DNA of 64,000 nt from an uncultured Lachnospiraceae bacterium. Lineage in GTDB: Bacteria > Bacillota > Clostridia > Lachnospirales > Lachnospiraceae. Where the stretch lies: NCBI GenBank assembly GCA_905234595.1, contig CAJOID010000005.1, positions 4,856-68,855 of the forward strand, read 5' to 3'. Position 1 is the stretch's first letter. Each line of letters begins with the position of its first letter. The notes below the pieces were generated by a model, which saw only the letters and a program-made list of their open reading frames with translations, made no database searches and was not told the origin of the DNA. Made by a program: the position numbers and the translations under genes. Below are positions 38,274-47,466 of the stretch, one piece after another.

Positions 38274-39302
38274 ATGAGTCACGAATATCGAAATGAGCTG
38301 GATAAGCGAAATAATGACATAATCAATGAACTTCTTATTGGCATGCCGGACTTCATTGAAGATTATTATGATCATTTAGTCGCCAAAGGCCGGTCTACGA
38401 ATACTATCAAAAGCTACCTGTACGAAGTAAATGTTTTCCTGCGATATGTGGCGACTATAACCAGGAAGGAATCCGTTAAACAGATTCCGGTCACTGATCT
38501 CGATAAGATCAGGCTTCCACAGATAGAAAGGTATATTGCAGTATCAGAATCGGGATCTCCGCTTGAAAATACCGCCAAAAGACGGCGTTTATCAGTGATT
38601 AAGTCAATATACAAGTATTATTTTGCAACCGGGTCAATATCGACCAATCCGGTCATTCAGCTGGAAGGTGCTAAGATTGAGGAAAAAGAGATAATCAAGC
38701 TCAATGAAAACCAGGTTAAAGCATTGGTCGATTGCATAATCAGCCAGAACGGAGTTACAGTGCATTCAAAAGCATATTCTGAAAAACTCGTGTATCGGGA
38801 TCTGGCTATCATCATGGTGCTGTTAGGCACCGGAATGCGCGTATCTGAGCTTGTGGGATTAAACGTCGGCGATTATGATCTGACTACTCCGGACAACTCA
38901 TGCTTTCATATAATAAGGAAGGGATCCGATGAAGACGTAGTATATTTTGTCCCGGCCGTCAGATCCGCTGTAAATGACTACCTGACATATACCAGACCAA
39001 TGTTGACCGATTCAGACGATGAAAACGCTCTGTTTCTGTCAACACAGAAGAAACGAATGGGCGTGAGTTCCGTCGAGAAGATGGTAAAGAAGTACTGCAA
39101 GGCCTCCGGTCTCCCATCTAATATATCACCGCACAAACTCAGAGCGACCTTTGCAACTACCGTATATAAACAAACGAAGGACATCTATGCTGTCAAAGAT
39201 GCCCTCCATCATAAATCTATAGATACTTCCAAACATTACATCGGCGATAAGGAAGAACGTAAGCAGGCCGCGGCCGCGGCGGCCGGAGTTATGTTTAACT
39301 AA
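38274..39302 (+). CDS. Tyrosine recombinase, XerS/XerC-like
   Basis: SAM-like N-domain; GTGMRVSEL (R), IRKG (K), SPHKLR (HxxR), LHH...TSKHY (H/Y); 342 aa. Confidence 0.9.
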   Translation: MSHEYRNELDKRNNDIINELLIGMPDFIEDYYDHLVAKGRSTNTIKSYLYEVNVFLRYVATITRKESVKQIPVTDLDKIRLPQIERYIAVSESGSPLENTAKRRRLSVIKSIYKYYFATGSISTNPVIQLEGAKIEEKEIIKLNENQVKALVDCIISQNGVTVHSKAYSEKLVYRDLAIIMVLLGTGMRVSELVGLNVGDYDLTTPDNSCFHIIRKGSDEDVVYFVPAVRSAVNDYLTYTRPMLTDSDDENALFLSTQKKRMGVSSVEKMVKKYCKASGLPSNISPHKLRATFATTVYKQTKDIYAVKDALHHKSIDTSKHYIGDKEERKQAAAAAAGVMFN

Positions 39303-39339
39303 GCTGCGGAAAAGTTATCCTTTGCGTAATACGTAATGC

Positions 39340-40224
39340 TCAACCCGTATATCCCCTGACGGTCCTAAGAACTCCTCCAAGATATGCCCCGCCAAACAGA
39401 TTCAGATGATTTAAAAGATGATACAGGTTATAGATATCCCGTCTGTCCGAATATCCCGGTGCAAACGGATACTCCGCCTTGTATGCTTCATAGAAATCCG
39501 ATGAAAAACCGCCAAATAACTCTGTCATGGCTATGTCTGCTTCAGCGTGTCCTACATACACTGCAGGATCTATAAGGACAGGTTCTCCGTTCTCTCCAAC
39601 CATAAAGTTTCCACCCCAGAGATCGCCATGAATAAGCGATGGATGCTCAGGTTCTGTGAGGAGGTCATCCAATCTGTCTAACAGTTTACCGATACGGCTT
39701 CGATCAGACTCATCAAAGCAATCCCATGCCATACGGAACTGAACTTCCAACCGTCTGGTACGGAAGAATTCAATCCATGTATCGCGTGGAGAATTGATCT
39801 GCCGGGTGGCTCCGATATAGTTATCGGCCAAAAAGCCAAAACGCCCGTCTGATACATATGCCGACGGATCTGCGCGATGCATGTCAGCCAGCTGCCTGCC
39901 AAACTTTTCAAAGAAACCGCTGGTTTTAAAACCGTTTTCGACATACTCAAGTATGAGAAATAAAGAGTCTCCCTCTCTGCCGGTATCCAGAACATGCACC
40001 GTCCTTATGGTCCCGGTAGACTCCATCGCCTTAAGGCCTTCCGCTTCCGCTGTAAAGAAATCAGCCGGTTTGCCTGAGTTTTTCTTGATGAAGACCCTTT
40101 CCCCATTAGAAAGAGAATATAGGCAGGATTCATTAGTGTCACCACCATATACATGTGTCTGGCCAACAACAGTGACATCCGGTCCATATATATTCTTAAT
40201 GGATTCTGCGACTGATCTGCTCAC
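39340..40224 (-). CDS. Fructosamine kinase family protein
   Basis: FIKKN, AEAEGL, FGF..DNYIG.T.Q.N, LIHGDLWGGN, IDPA.Y.GH.E.D. Confidence 0.92.
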   Translation of the reverse strand: MSRSVAESIKNIYGPDVTVVGQTHVYGGDTNESCLYSLSNGERVFIKKNSGKPADFFTAEAEGLKAMESTGTIRTVHVLDTGREGDSLFLILEYVENGFKTSGFFEKFGRQLADMHRADPSAYVSDGRFGFLADNYIGATRQINSPRDTWIEFFRTRRLEVQFRMAWDCFDESDRSRIGKLLDRLDDLLTEPEHPSLIHGDLWGGNFMVGENGEPVLIDPAVYVGHAEADIAMTELFGGFSSDFYEAYKAEYPFAPGYSDRRDIYNLYHLLNHLNLFGGAYLGGVLRTVRGYTG

Positions 40225-40569
40225 TCAGAAATTGCTTCCGTTCCATCCCCAGTCAGATGACCCGTAATACCTGATATACATATGGTCAGGAGCAACTCCC
40301 AGAGTATCCCCGTATACCTTAGTCAGTTCTGCAGTCATTCGGTCGTATACATCAGAGGATGCAGTTCCAAATGTCTTTACATCCACAAATGCTATCGGAG
40401 CTGAGTCATCTCCCCGGAAATACATCGGGATATCACCTTCGATAGCCAGCATAAGCCAGTTTTCACTCTTACCGGGTATGATTGAAATGGCCTGTCCAAG
40501 TGCTTCCTTGATCTTAGTTTCTGCTTCTTTGGATACGGTTACGTTTGTCTTTGTCTCAATAAACGGCAT
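40225..40569 (-). CDS. MIF/phenylpyruvate tautomerase-family protein
   Basis: Met-Pro N-terminus (catalytic Pro1), PGKSE.W, C-terminal WGWNG.NF. Confidence 0.85.
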   Translation of the reverse strand: MPFIETKTNVTVSKEAETKIKEALGQAISIIPGKSENWLMLAIEGDIPMYFRGDDSAPIAFVDVKTFGTASSDVYDRMTAELTKVYGDTLGVAPDHMYIRYYGSSDWGWNGSNF

Positions 40570-40583
40570 AACTTCATCCTCCT

Positions 40584-41156
40584 CTACTCTTCTTTGGATT
40601 TATTAAGTGCATATCCGCATAGTCCGCCTATGATGCCTCCGACTATGTGGGAAAGATTGGATATATTATCCCGGATCACCAGACCTTCAAATATCTGCTG
40701 GCCAATAAAGAACACTGCTACAAGAATAAACGTCAGCGGGATCTCGCCTTCCCTGAACCTGGTAAAAGATGAAAGTATTATAAAGGCAAATACGACCCCA
40801 CTGGCCCCGCAAAGGGCAACATTCGGAAACAGTATGGCATTTAGCACACTGGTAACCAATGCAGTGATCGCAACCACCAGAGCCAGCGTCCGTGATGAAT
40901 ACTTTTCTTCAAGCAACGGGCCTAACAAGAGCAGATAGCTCATATTCCCTATGAGATGTGACCAATCCGCATGACCGAATATGTGAGTGAATGACCTGAC
41001 CCAAGTTCCCGGCGATGCTATTGGCGCGCGATATGTCATGAAGTACTCCTGACCGATACTGCCGTCGGTCAGATAGCTTAACAGCGTGGCAAAAAAGCTG
41101 ATACCCACTATACATAGCGTTACGGGCGCATTAAACGTGATTCTCAAGTGTTTCAT
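40584..41156 (-). CDS. Rhomboid-family intramembrane serine protease
   Basis: H..W.HL.GNM, GASG, SHI.G...G. Confidence 0.88.
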   Translation of the reverse strand: MKHLRITFNAPVTLCIVGISFFATLLSYLTDGSIGQEYFMTYRAPIASPGTWVRSFTHIFGHADWSHLIGNMSYLLLLGPLLEEKYSSRTLALVVAITALVTSVLNAILFPNVALCGASGVVFAFIILSSFTRFREGEIPLTFILVAVFFIGQQIFEGLVIRDNISNLSHIVGGIIGGLCGYALNKSKEE

Positions 41157-42103
41157 ATGATCTGTACCGGGAAATACATGCGGAGTGAATGATCATCAAG
41201 CTTTTCCCCTATCATTATAAGAACATCCTGAGCCTCCCCGCAATCGCAGATATCTACAGCCTCTCTGGTAGCATTGATCTGTACCCACCGGCCTTCGGTG
41301 GTATGCATATATCCTTTGATACGGAATACTCCCACGCAGGAAGGATCCCCAAACAGATCGTCAATCCGTTCTCTCAGTTCTCTTTCGGGGAGCTCCAGAT
41401 GATAACAGAATCGTGATGAGAAATATCCGGACTCGATAACCTGTTGCTTCACAAAGCTGTCATGCACATAACCGCATTCTGCAAGACCCTCGATGTCATT
41501 TGCGGAAAGATCATCCCAGTTCCGGCATTCCACATCTCCTTCAAGAGAAAAACGTCTTTTACTGCCGATCTTCTCCATCGCCACATTTATGTGAGCGATT
41601 ACTTTCTCCTGACGGGATACATCATACAGTTGCGTACGGCTCAGTATCAGGCGGCCTGCGCAGGCACATTGAGATGCAAGCAGATAATCGGATTCATCTG
41701 ACAGCACATCCGGAAGCCCCGTGTCAACAATCGTAAGAACACTCCCCATCTCATACCAGGTGTCTAACGGTTCCTCATAGAGCAGATCAAAAAGCTCGTC
41801 TACGTCAAAGATACCTGACGGTTCAACGATGATCCTCTCATAGCCGTTCATCGCCATTGCTATCAGTTTGGTACGCATTCTGCGCTGATGTGACTCCTGC
41901 CCGTCTCCGCCTACGATCATTTCCATACCGCAGTTTTCTCCCAAAAGATCCTGCAGGAGAACCCTGTCCACATTGATCGCGCCGAAATCATTCTCCAGTA
42001 TGCAGATACGCTTGCCTGCATCGAGGAAGCTGCGGGCATAATGTCTTATGAACGTTGTTTTACCGGAACCTAAGAAACCGGTGATCAGATCAATCTTAAT
42101 CAT
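41153..42103 (-). CDS. CobW/COG0523 G3E-family GTPase (metallochaperone-like)
   Basis: TGFLGSGKTT, ILENDFG, IVEPSG, FRIKG; lacks the usual CxCC. Confidence 0.85.
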   Translation of the reverse strand: MIKIDLITGFLGSGKTTFIRHYARSFLDAGKRICILENDFGAINVDRVLLQDLLGENCGMEMIVGGDGQESHQRRMRTKLIAMAMNGYERIIVEPSGIFDVDELFDLLYEEPLDTWYEMGSVLTIVDTGLPDVLSDESDYLLASQCACAGRLILSRTQLYDVSRQEKVIAHINVAMEKIGSKRRFSLEGDVECRNWDDLSANDIEGLAECGYVHDSFVKQQVIESGYFSSRFCYHLELPERELRERIDDLFGDPSCVGVFRIKGYMHTTEGRWVQINATREAVDICDCGEAQDVLIMIGEKLDDHSLRMYFPVQII

Positions 42104-42126
42104 TGTGTCAAAATGTTGTCCTTACC

Positions 42127-42753
42127 TTATTTCAAATCACCATTTTCAATGTGTTCTTTGATTATTCTGTCCGTGAGTTCAAACAGGATCTCAGAGCCTT
42201 CCTTTGTTTTGCTTTGACGGCCATAGACCTGTTCTGCATACACACCGTGTTCCCGCCAGTCAGATCCCCCGTTGCTGTGATTAAGCAGCAGTGGCTGGAA
42301 ATTATCCATAGAATGAGCATATTTCGCCTCAGGGGTCTCGTTTGCTTCAAATTCATCAAATACAGCAGTCAGCTCTTCCTTCTGGTCATCCGGTAGCAGC
42401 GAAAAAATACGCTCTTTTGCAGCTTCTTCCCTGGCATGTTGTGTCTTTAATGCATCTTCATCATATGCATAGGTATCTCCGGCATCTATCTCTACCACGT
42501 CATGAAGCAGGCACATAAGCATTACCCTTGAAATGTCTACTGCTTCATTGGAATACTCCCGTAGTACATAGGCCATAAGCGCCATATGCCATGCATGTTC
42601 CGCATCATTCTCGTTTCTTCCGTGCCCCGAGAGATGCGTCTGCCGGAAAATATTTTTTTCTTTATCCAGCTCCAGAGCAAAGTCAAGCTGTTGTTTCAGA
42701 CGCTGATCCATACTTTTCACTCTTTCTTTACTCCCCTTTTTCTTAGTCGTCAT
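42127..42753 (-). CDS. HD-domain hydrolase (YfbR/HD_3-like); alternative start 42711
   Basis: ENDAEHAWH, LLHDVVEI.AGD. Confidence 0.88.
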   Translation of the reverse strand: MTTKKKGSKERVKSMDQRLKQQLDFALELDKEKNIFRQTHLSGHGRNENDAEHAWHMALMAYVLREYSNEAVDISRVMLMCLLHDVVEIDAGDTYAYDEDALKTQHAREEAAKERIFSLLPDDQKEELTAVFDEFEANETPEAKYAHSMDNFQPLLLNHSNGGSDWREHGVYAEQVYGRQSKTKEGSEILFELTDRIIKEHIENGDLK

Positions 42754-43073
42754 GACCGGATAAAGCCCTCATCCGATTCCGGCATTTCATCCGTAATAAA
42801 TCTTTCCACCTTCATGTGCAGATCATACTTCTCCCGTAACTTCATAATGGTATTCATCATCGGGGAAGCATGATGTACATCTATGGCATCCTGGTCAGTC
42901 CATGCATCGATCAGAAGCACAGTCTCCGGATCATTCATTGGAAAGAAATACTCATATCTGATATTCCCTTTTTCGGAACGTATCTTATCAGCCGTTCCGC
43001 TCGATTCCATCTCCTCCGCAAATTTGCGTGCATTTCCGTTTTGTCCCGTATAATACAGATTAACTGCTATCAT
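42750..43073 (-). CDS. ABM / putative quinol monooxygenase family protein
   Basis: IRSEKGN..YEY, LID.W..Q.A...HH.SP. Confidence 0.8.
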   Translation of the reverse strand: MIAVNLYYTGQNGNARKFAEEMESSGTADKIRSEKGNIRYEYFFPMNDPETVLLIDAWTDQDAIDVHHASPMMNTIMKLREKYDLHMKVERFITDEMPESDEGFIRS

Positions 43074-43086
43074 CTCATCCTGCCTC

Positions 43087-43503
43087 TCATATAATTATCT
43101 GTTCGGTCTTCAGGTCGCAGTAATACCGGCCTTTTACGGCTGTAAACTTAAGGACACAGTAATCCGGGTCGGTGACACCGTTTTTATAAAACATGGTATC
43201 GCCTTTTCTCCATATCATATCCTTGACAGCCTGGTCGGTCAGGACCTCCATAGTACCTTTCAGCATAACACCTTCATACTTTATCAGTCCCTTGTGATAG
43301 AAATATATGCTTGCATTTGGATTGTTCTGATACTGCTTAACCCTCATTGATGATGTATTCGTGGAAAAGTAGAACTCTTTCAGACCTTCCCGTTTTCTGG
43401 GACGGAGCATCGCTTTAACATTCGGAAAACCATCACTGTCTACAGAGCATATAAAGCTGACTTTCTGCCTGTCTATGAATTGCATGATCGAGTTTTTATC
43501 CAT
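43087..43503 (-). CDS. Pyridoxamine 5'-phosphate oxidase-like FMN-binding protein
   Basis: SVD..GFPNVKAM, FSTNTSS, NP.AS.YF, DPDYCVLKF; AAGGAG RBS at 43503. Confidence 0.85.
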   Translation of the reverse strand: MDKNSIMQFIDRQKVSFICSVDSDGFPNVKAMLRPRKREGLKEFYFSTNTSSMRVKQYQNNPNASIYFYHKGLIKYEGVMLKGTMEVLTDQAVKDMIWRKGDTMFYKNGVTDPDYCVLKFTAVKGRYYCDLKTEQIII

Positions 43504-43547
43504 ATCGCTTAACTCCTTTTCAGACGCGGAAACATTGGTAAAATGTT

Positions 43548-44126
43548 TTATTCGGGAGGGATAATACTCATGATCCCACTGCCACTCCATGTCAGGAAAG
43601 TTTTATATCCGAGTTTCGAATACCATCCTGTTTCATAGGTGTAGTGTATGTAACTGTGATCAAACAGTTCCTCACGCAGGATCCGTGTGACATTCCTTAC
43701 CATGGTAAGTCCGATGCCACGGTTACGGTATTCGGGAACCGTTCCGACACAACCGGGGCCGCCTATCTTCCACTTCACTCCGTCAACCGTATGTTCACCG
43801 AAATCTTCGATCATACAGAAAGATGCGATCCCTCCGTTTACATACCCGCAATAAACCCTTGAACGCCCATCGAAAAACTGTACCCAGTGAGGAACGACAG
43901 ATCTGACTGCTTCTATAAGAGTCTCCATGTTTCCTTCATAGTATCCGAATGATATTTCATCATTAAATGATTTCTCATAGACTCCTTCGTCAAACTCCCG
44001 GAGATTTATAAGCATCTCTGATGCCGGCTCACTGTCCGAAACGGCTTTAACATAATCGCGGTCGAAATACCCCGGGTGCATCTCATTGAATAAAGCGGCA
44101 TAAGCTGATTCTTTCATATATTTCAT
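43548..44126 (-). CDS. GNAT-family N-acetyltransferase
   Basis: VGTVPEYRNRGIG, WYSKLGY. Confidence 0.85.
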   Translation of the reverse strand: MKYMKESAYAALFNEMHPGYFDRDYVKAVSDSEPASEMLINLREFDEGVYEKSFNDEISFGYYEGNMETLIEAVRSVVPHWVQFFDGRSRVYCGYVNGGIASFCMIEDFGEHTVDGVKWKIGGPGCVGTVPEYRNRGIGLTMVRNVTRILREELFDHSYIHYTYETGWYSKLGYKTFLTWSGSGIMSIIPPE

Positions 44127-44130
44127 ATTA

Positions 44131-45108
44131 TTACCTTAAACAGTTTCTTACCGCAGTCTTGTATTCGCTGCCGTTACGTGATTTGCGGATGGCCTTAAGC
44201 TGTTTTTCATTCCCGGGAAACGAAACAGCCATAAAATTCCACAGATCCTTCATCTTTACGATAGCCGTTCCTTCGGACAGTTCTCGTTCATATTCCTCAT
44301 ATAATTCTTCCAGAAAGCCCAGCAGATTCTTCTTTTCCTCTTCCGAAAAAGGAGTTTCTCCTGCATCGTCTCCCAGCCAGATCCTCTTCGGCAAAAAGGG
44401 ATCTGTCAAAAGACCCCGGCCGAGCATGATGCCTGAAAGCCCCGGAAAACCACGGTAAACCATCCTCACATCCTCTGTGTTCCTCAGATCTCCGTTATAT
44501 ACAAGCTTATCATGAGATATCCTGTCGTAAAAGACTCTGAACGCATCCTTATTCGGCACATTTTTATAAAAATCATCTCTTATTCTGGGATGAACTATGA
44601 CCCTAGCAAACGGATACATCGCATATATATCCGCAATGTCCTCCGCCTCTGAGTAAAACGAAACTCCTACTCTTGTCTTTATGGATATCTCCGGGAGATC
44701 CCCGTTTTCTTTTGCTGTAAATACCTCATCCAGAAATGAACGTAAAGCACGGGTATCTTCTAGCATTCCCGCGCCTTTTCTCTTCGTTGTAACAGTGGCC
44801 GAAGGGCATCCCGCATTCAGATTAACCTCTCTGAATCCTGCTGATTTAAACACACGTGCCGCCCAGATGAAGTGCTCGGCTTTGTCAGTCAGGATCTGCG
44901 GGATCAGATCCTGCGAACACACTTCTGTTTCCTTCTTCTCCCGGGTCTTGAACTTATGTGTCCTGTTGGCAACAAGAAAAGGGGTGTACATTCTGTCTAT
45001 CCCCTCAAACCACTTCCTGTACACCCTTCTATATACTGCTGTTGTGATACCCTCCATCGGTGCCATCTCAACCGATACGGAAGGTTTTTCTGTTAATATA
45101 TCATTCAT
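44131..45108 (-). CDS. tRNA-dihydrouridine synthase (Dus family)
   Basis: APMEGIT, NLNAGCPS, KTR.G, VHPR, YNGD, MLGRG. Confidence 0.92.
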   Translation of the reverse strand: MNDILTEKPSVSVEMAPMEGITTAVYRRVYRKWFEGIDRMYTPFLVANRTHKFKTREKKETEVCSQDLIPQILTDKAEHFIWAARVFKSAGFREVNLNAGCPSATVTTKRKGAGMLEDTRALRSFLDEVFTAKENGDLPEISIKTRVGVSFYSEAEDIADIYAMYPFARVIVHPRIRDDFYKNVPNKDAFRVFYDRISHDKLVYNGDLRNTEDVRMVYRGFPGLSGIMLGRGLLTDPFLPKRIWLGDDAGETPFSEEEKKNLLGFLEELYEEYERELSEGTAIVKMKDLWNFMAVSFPGNEKQLKAIRKSRNGSEYKTAVRNCLR

Positions 45109-45131
45109 AATGTTTCCCGGTATTATTCATA

Positions 45132-45821
45132 TCATCTGCTGTTTACATTGCGAATGTATTCCTCTTTGGGTATCATCGGGGTTTCAAGACCTTCGATCGT
45201 TTCCTGAGAAAGGCTAAATGAAGAAGCATACTCTTCTCCTGCTTTTTCAAATCTGTCCAGGAGAGGATCCGCCACCGGAGCCGCCTCCGGGATATTCAGC
45301 AAAGGTGTTTCCGGTATGCACAGCATATCAGGGCCTCCGAAGCACACGTTGCACATTGCCTTCAGCCCGTCAAAATTTCCTTCCCAGTCAGGGAACCCGC
45401 ATCCGCAGATCACAAGCGTATGAATCTTTGAAAAATCTGCTAAAGCCTCATGACGGACCGTTCCGTCCTTCTCCTGTACCATATTCATCTTTACCAGCGG
45501 AATGGTTCTGTCCAAAACCGCTTTCAGATGTGAAGGCATGCCATAGCAGTATAACGGAAAACTCCAGATGATCAGATCCGCCTGCCGGTACAGATCAAGT
45601 ATATCGTTCTGATCATCATCGATCACGCAATGTCCGTCCATGCGTGCCCAGCAGCCGAAGCACCCTCTGCAGGGTGCTATCTTTTTGTCGATCACATTTA
45701 TCACGTTTATCTCATGCTGCCCATCCCTGTTTAATCCCTTCAAAAACCTTTCCGTCATGCGAAAGGTATCACTCTTCTTTTTGGGACTTCCGTTTAAGAC
45801 CAGTACTTTCATCTTTCTCAT
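45132..45821 (-). CDS. Flavodoxin-fold / iron-sulfur flavoprotein (NADPH-dependent FMN reductase family)
   Basis: LNGSPK, CRGCFGCW.....C, SFPLY, LK..LDR. Confidence 0.88.
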   Translation of the reverse strand: MRKMKVLVLNGSPKKKSDTFRMTERFLKGLNRDGQHEINVINVIDKKIAPCRGCFGCWARMDGHCVIDDDQNDILDLYRQADLIIWSFPLYCYGMPSHLKAVLDRTIPLVKMNMVQEKDGTVRHEALADFSKIHTLVICGCGFPDWEGNFDGLKAMCNVCFGGPDMLCIPETPLLNIPEAAPVADPLLDRFEKAGEEYASSFSLSQETIEGLETPMIPKEEYIRNVNSR

Positions 45822-45828
45822 TTTTCCT

Positions 45829-46250
45829 TCACTTTTTCAGTTTATTGACCATATTTGCCAGGGACAGGAAGCTTTCAGACTTGACTACAGCTATCCCCTG
45901 GGCATCATCTCCAAGGACCACCAGCTGGTCCCCGGGAGATATATCAAACAGTTCCTGGCCTTCGCGGGAATGACAATCTGTCCTTTGTCACCGACAGTGA
46001 CCATCCCAAACAAATGCTTTCCCTTCGGAGGAACCGCCAGCCCCAGATTATCTTCGGGCTCGTAATTGGCCAGATCATCCAGCGACACCCCGAAGATGTC
46101 GGCAAGCTGTTTGCATTTATCCAGATCCGGAATACTGTCTCCTGCTTCCCATTTGGCCACGGACTGTCTGGTCACGCCGAGCTTTTCCGCGATATCCTCC
46201 TGCGTCATCTGTAATATTTTGCGCATCTGAACCAGATTATCCTTGAACAT
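45829..46250 (-). pseudogene. XRE-HTH + AbrB-domain regulator with an apparent 1-bp frameshift near 45952
   Basis: HTH, then VGDKGQIVIPAKAR; the AbrB domain continues in another frame as LFDISPGDQLVVLGDDAQGIAVVK...KLKK* (stop at 45829). Confidence 0.75.
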
Positions 46251-47337
46251 TTACGTTCTCCTTTTTCTTCTTTATTCCCAGAACCGCCCATCTGAAAAAA
46301 GGGATCCTTGAAATAACGGCATACAGGCCGTAACCGAATGCAAATCCCGCCAGAAGACTCAATATGTAACATGCCGGTGCCGGAAGCAATCCGGGTTTGG
46401 CAATTATCAAAGCAACGGATGATATTCCCAGGTAATGGAACACATAGAGCCCGAAACTGTGAGAGGACATCCACTTCGTAAATGCATTTGCGCGATCGCC
46501 AAAGCGTGCAAATCCCGAAAGCATGGCAAGCGATCCCACATAAGCATCAAGTGCATACAGGAAACCTCTGTTGATCGGTTTATCTGCATAGTTTTCTCCG
46601 AAATACATGACGGTAAAAGCAATGCATAAGACCACGGCAAAGATGATAAGAGGCACTGCTATCCTCTTCAGCTTTTCCACCACTTCATCATTTGAGAAAA
46701 CATAATACCCGAGAATGAAAAACACGAAGTATAATGCGATCCTGTAGACGGAAACGATAGGCATATTAAGGATCTGAGACGCACCCCAGATTGGGAATAT
46801 AAAAAGTGCCATCAGCCACAGGGGAGTTTTCGCTCCGGCCGCCGTGAGTCTGCCTTTCTCGATCTTTCTGACGAGCACGAGCACCACGCAATATGCCCAC
46901 AGAAGATGCATAAACCAGAGCACGCCGCTGCCGGATGCGACCATTATCAGGAAGATTACAGGCTTCGGGACACCTTCGCTTACCAGCCCGTCAAAGCCTC
47001 CTCCCAGAGACATGCTCACATATCCCTGAATGAACTGAAAGAAGAAAAGCCCTATCGTTGACGGAACCAGAAGTTTTAATGTTCTGGACTTAATGAATTC
47101 CCTGTCCGAATGTGAATCAAGATATAATCTGGCACTGATACCCGAAACCAGGAACAGTACCGGCATAAACCAGGGATAGACCAGATACATGAATGCATCG
47201 TAGTACTGGACCGGCAGATCAGTGATCCTGCCTAAGCCCCCGAGTACCCCCTCAGCGTTATACATGTAGAATACATGATAGATCACAACGATGATAACGG
47301 TGATCCACCTGATGTTGTCCAAATAGTGTTTTCTCAT
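46237..47337 (-). CDS. Acyltransferase family 3 (OpgC/MdoC-like membrane acyltransferase)
   Basis: RKHYLDNIR....V..YH, FMP.LF.VSG, LWF, S.G.Y.FH; GGAGG RBS at 47337. Confidence 0.88.
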   Translation of the reverse strand: MRKHYLDNIRWITVIIVVIYHVFYMYNAEGVLGGLGRITDLPVQYYDAFMYLVYPWFMPVLFLVSGISARLYLDSHSDREFIKSRTLKLLVPSTIGLFFFQFIQGYVSMSLGGGFDGLVSEGVPKPVIFLIMVASGSGVLWFMHLLWAYCVVLVLVRKIEKGRLTAAGAKTPLWLMALFIFPIWGASQILNMPIVSVYRIALYFVFFILGYYVFSNDEVVEKLKRIAVPLIIFAVVLCIAFTVMYFGENYADKPINRGFLYALDAYVGSLAMLSGFARFGDRANAFTKWMSSHSFGLYVFHYLGISSVALIIAKPGLLPAPACYILSLLAGFAFGYGLYAVISRIPFFRWAVLGIKKKKENVNVQG

Positions 47338-47466
47338 ATTTTTCGCACCTCCGCAATTATTATTAACATAATAATATGCGTGCGACCTCCGGCAGTCCAC
47401 CAATCAAACTTAACATTTTCCGACAGATCATGTCAGTTTTGGTTGCTTATGCTACTGCAGTAGGTA

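Noticed and set aside
38274-39302. Recombinase as a prophage or ICE integrase
   Set aside because: No excisionase, phage, conjugation or tRNA/att context; position and upstream motif fit a Xer role better
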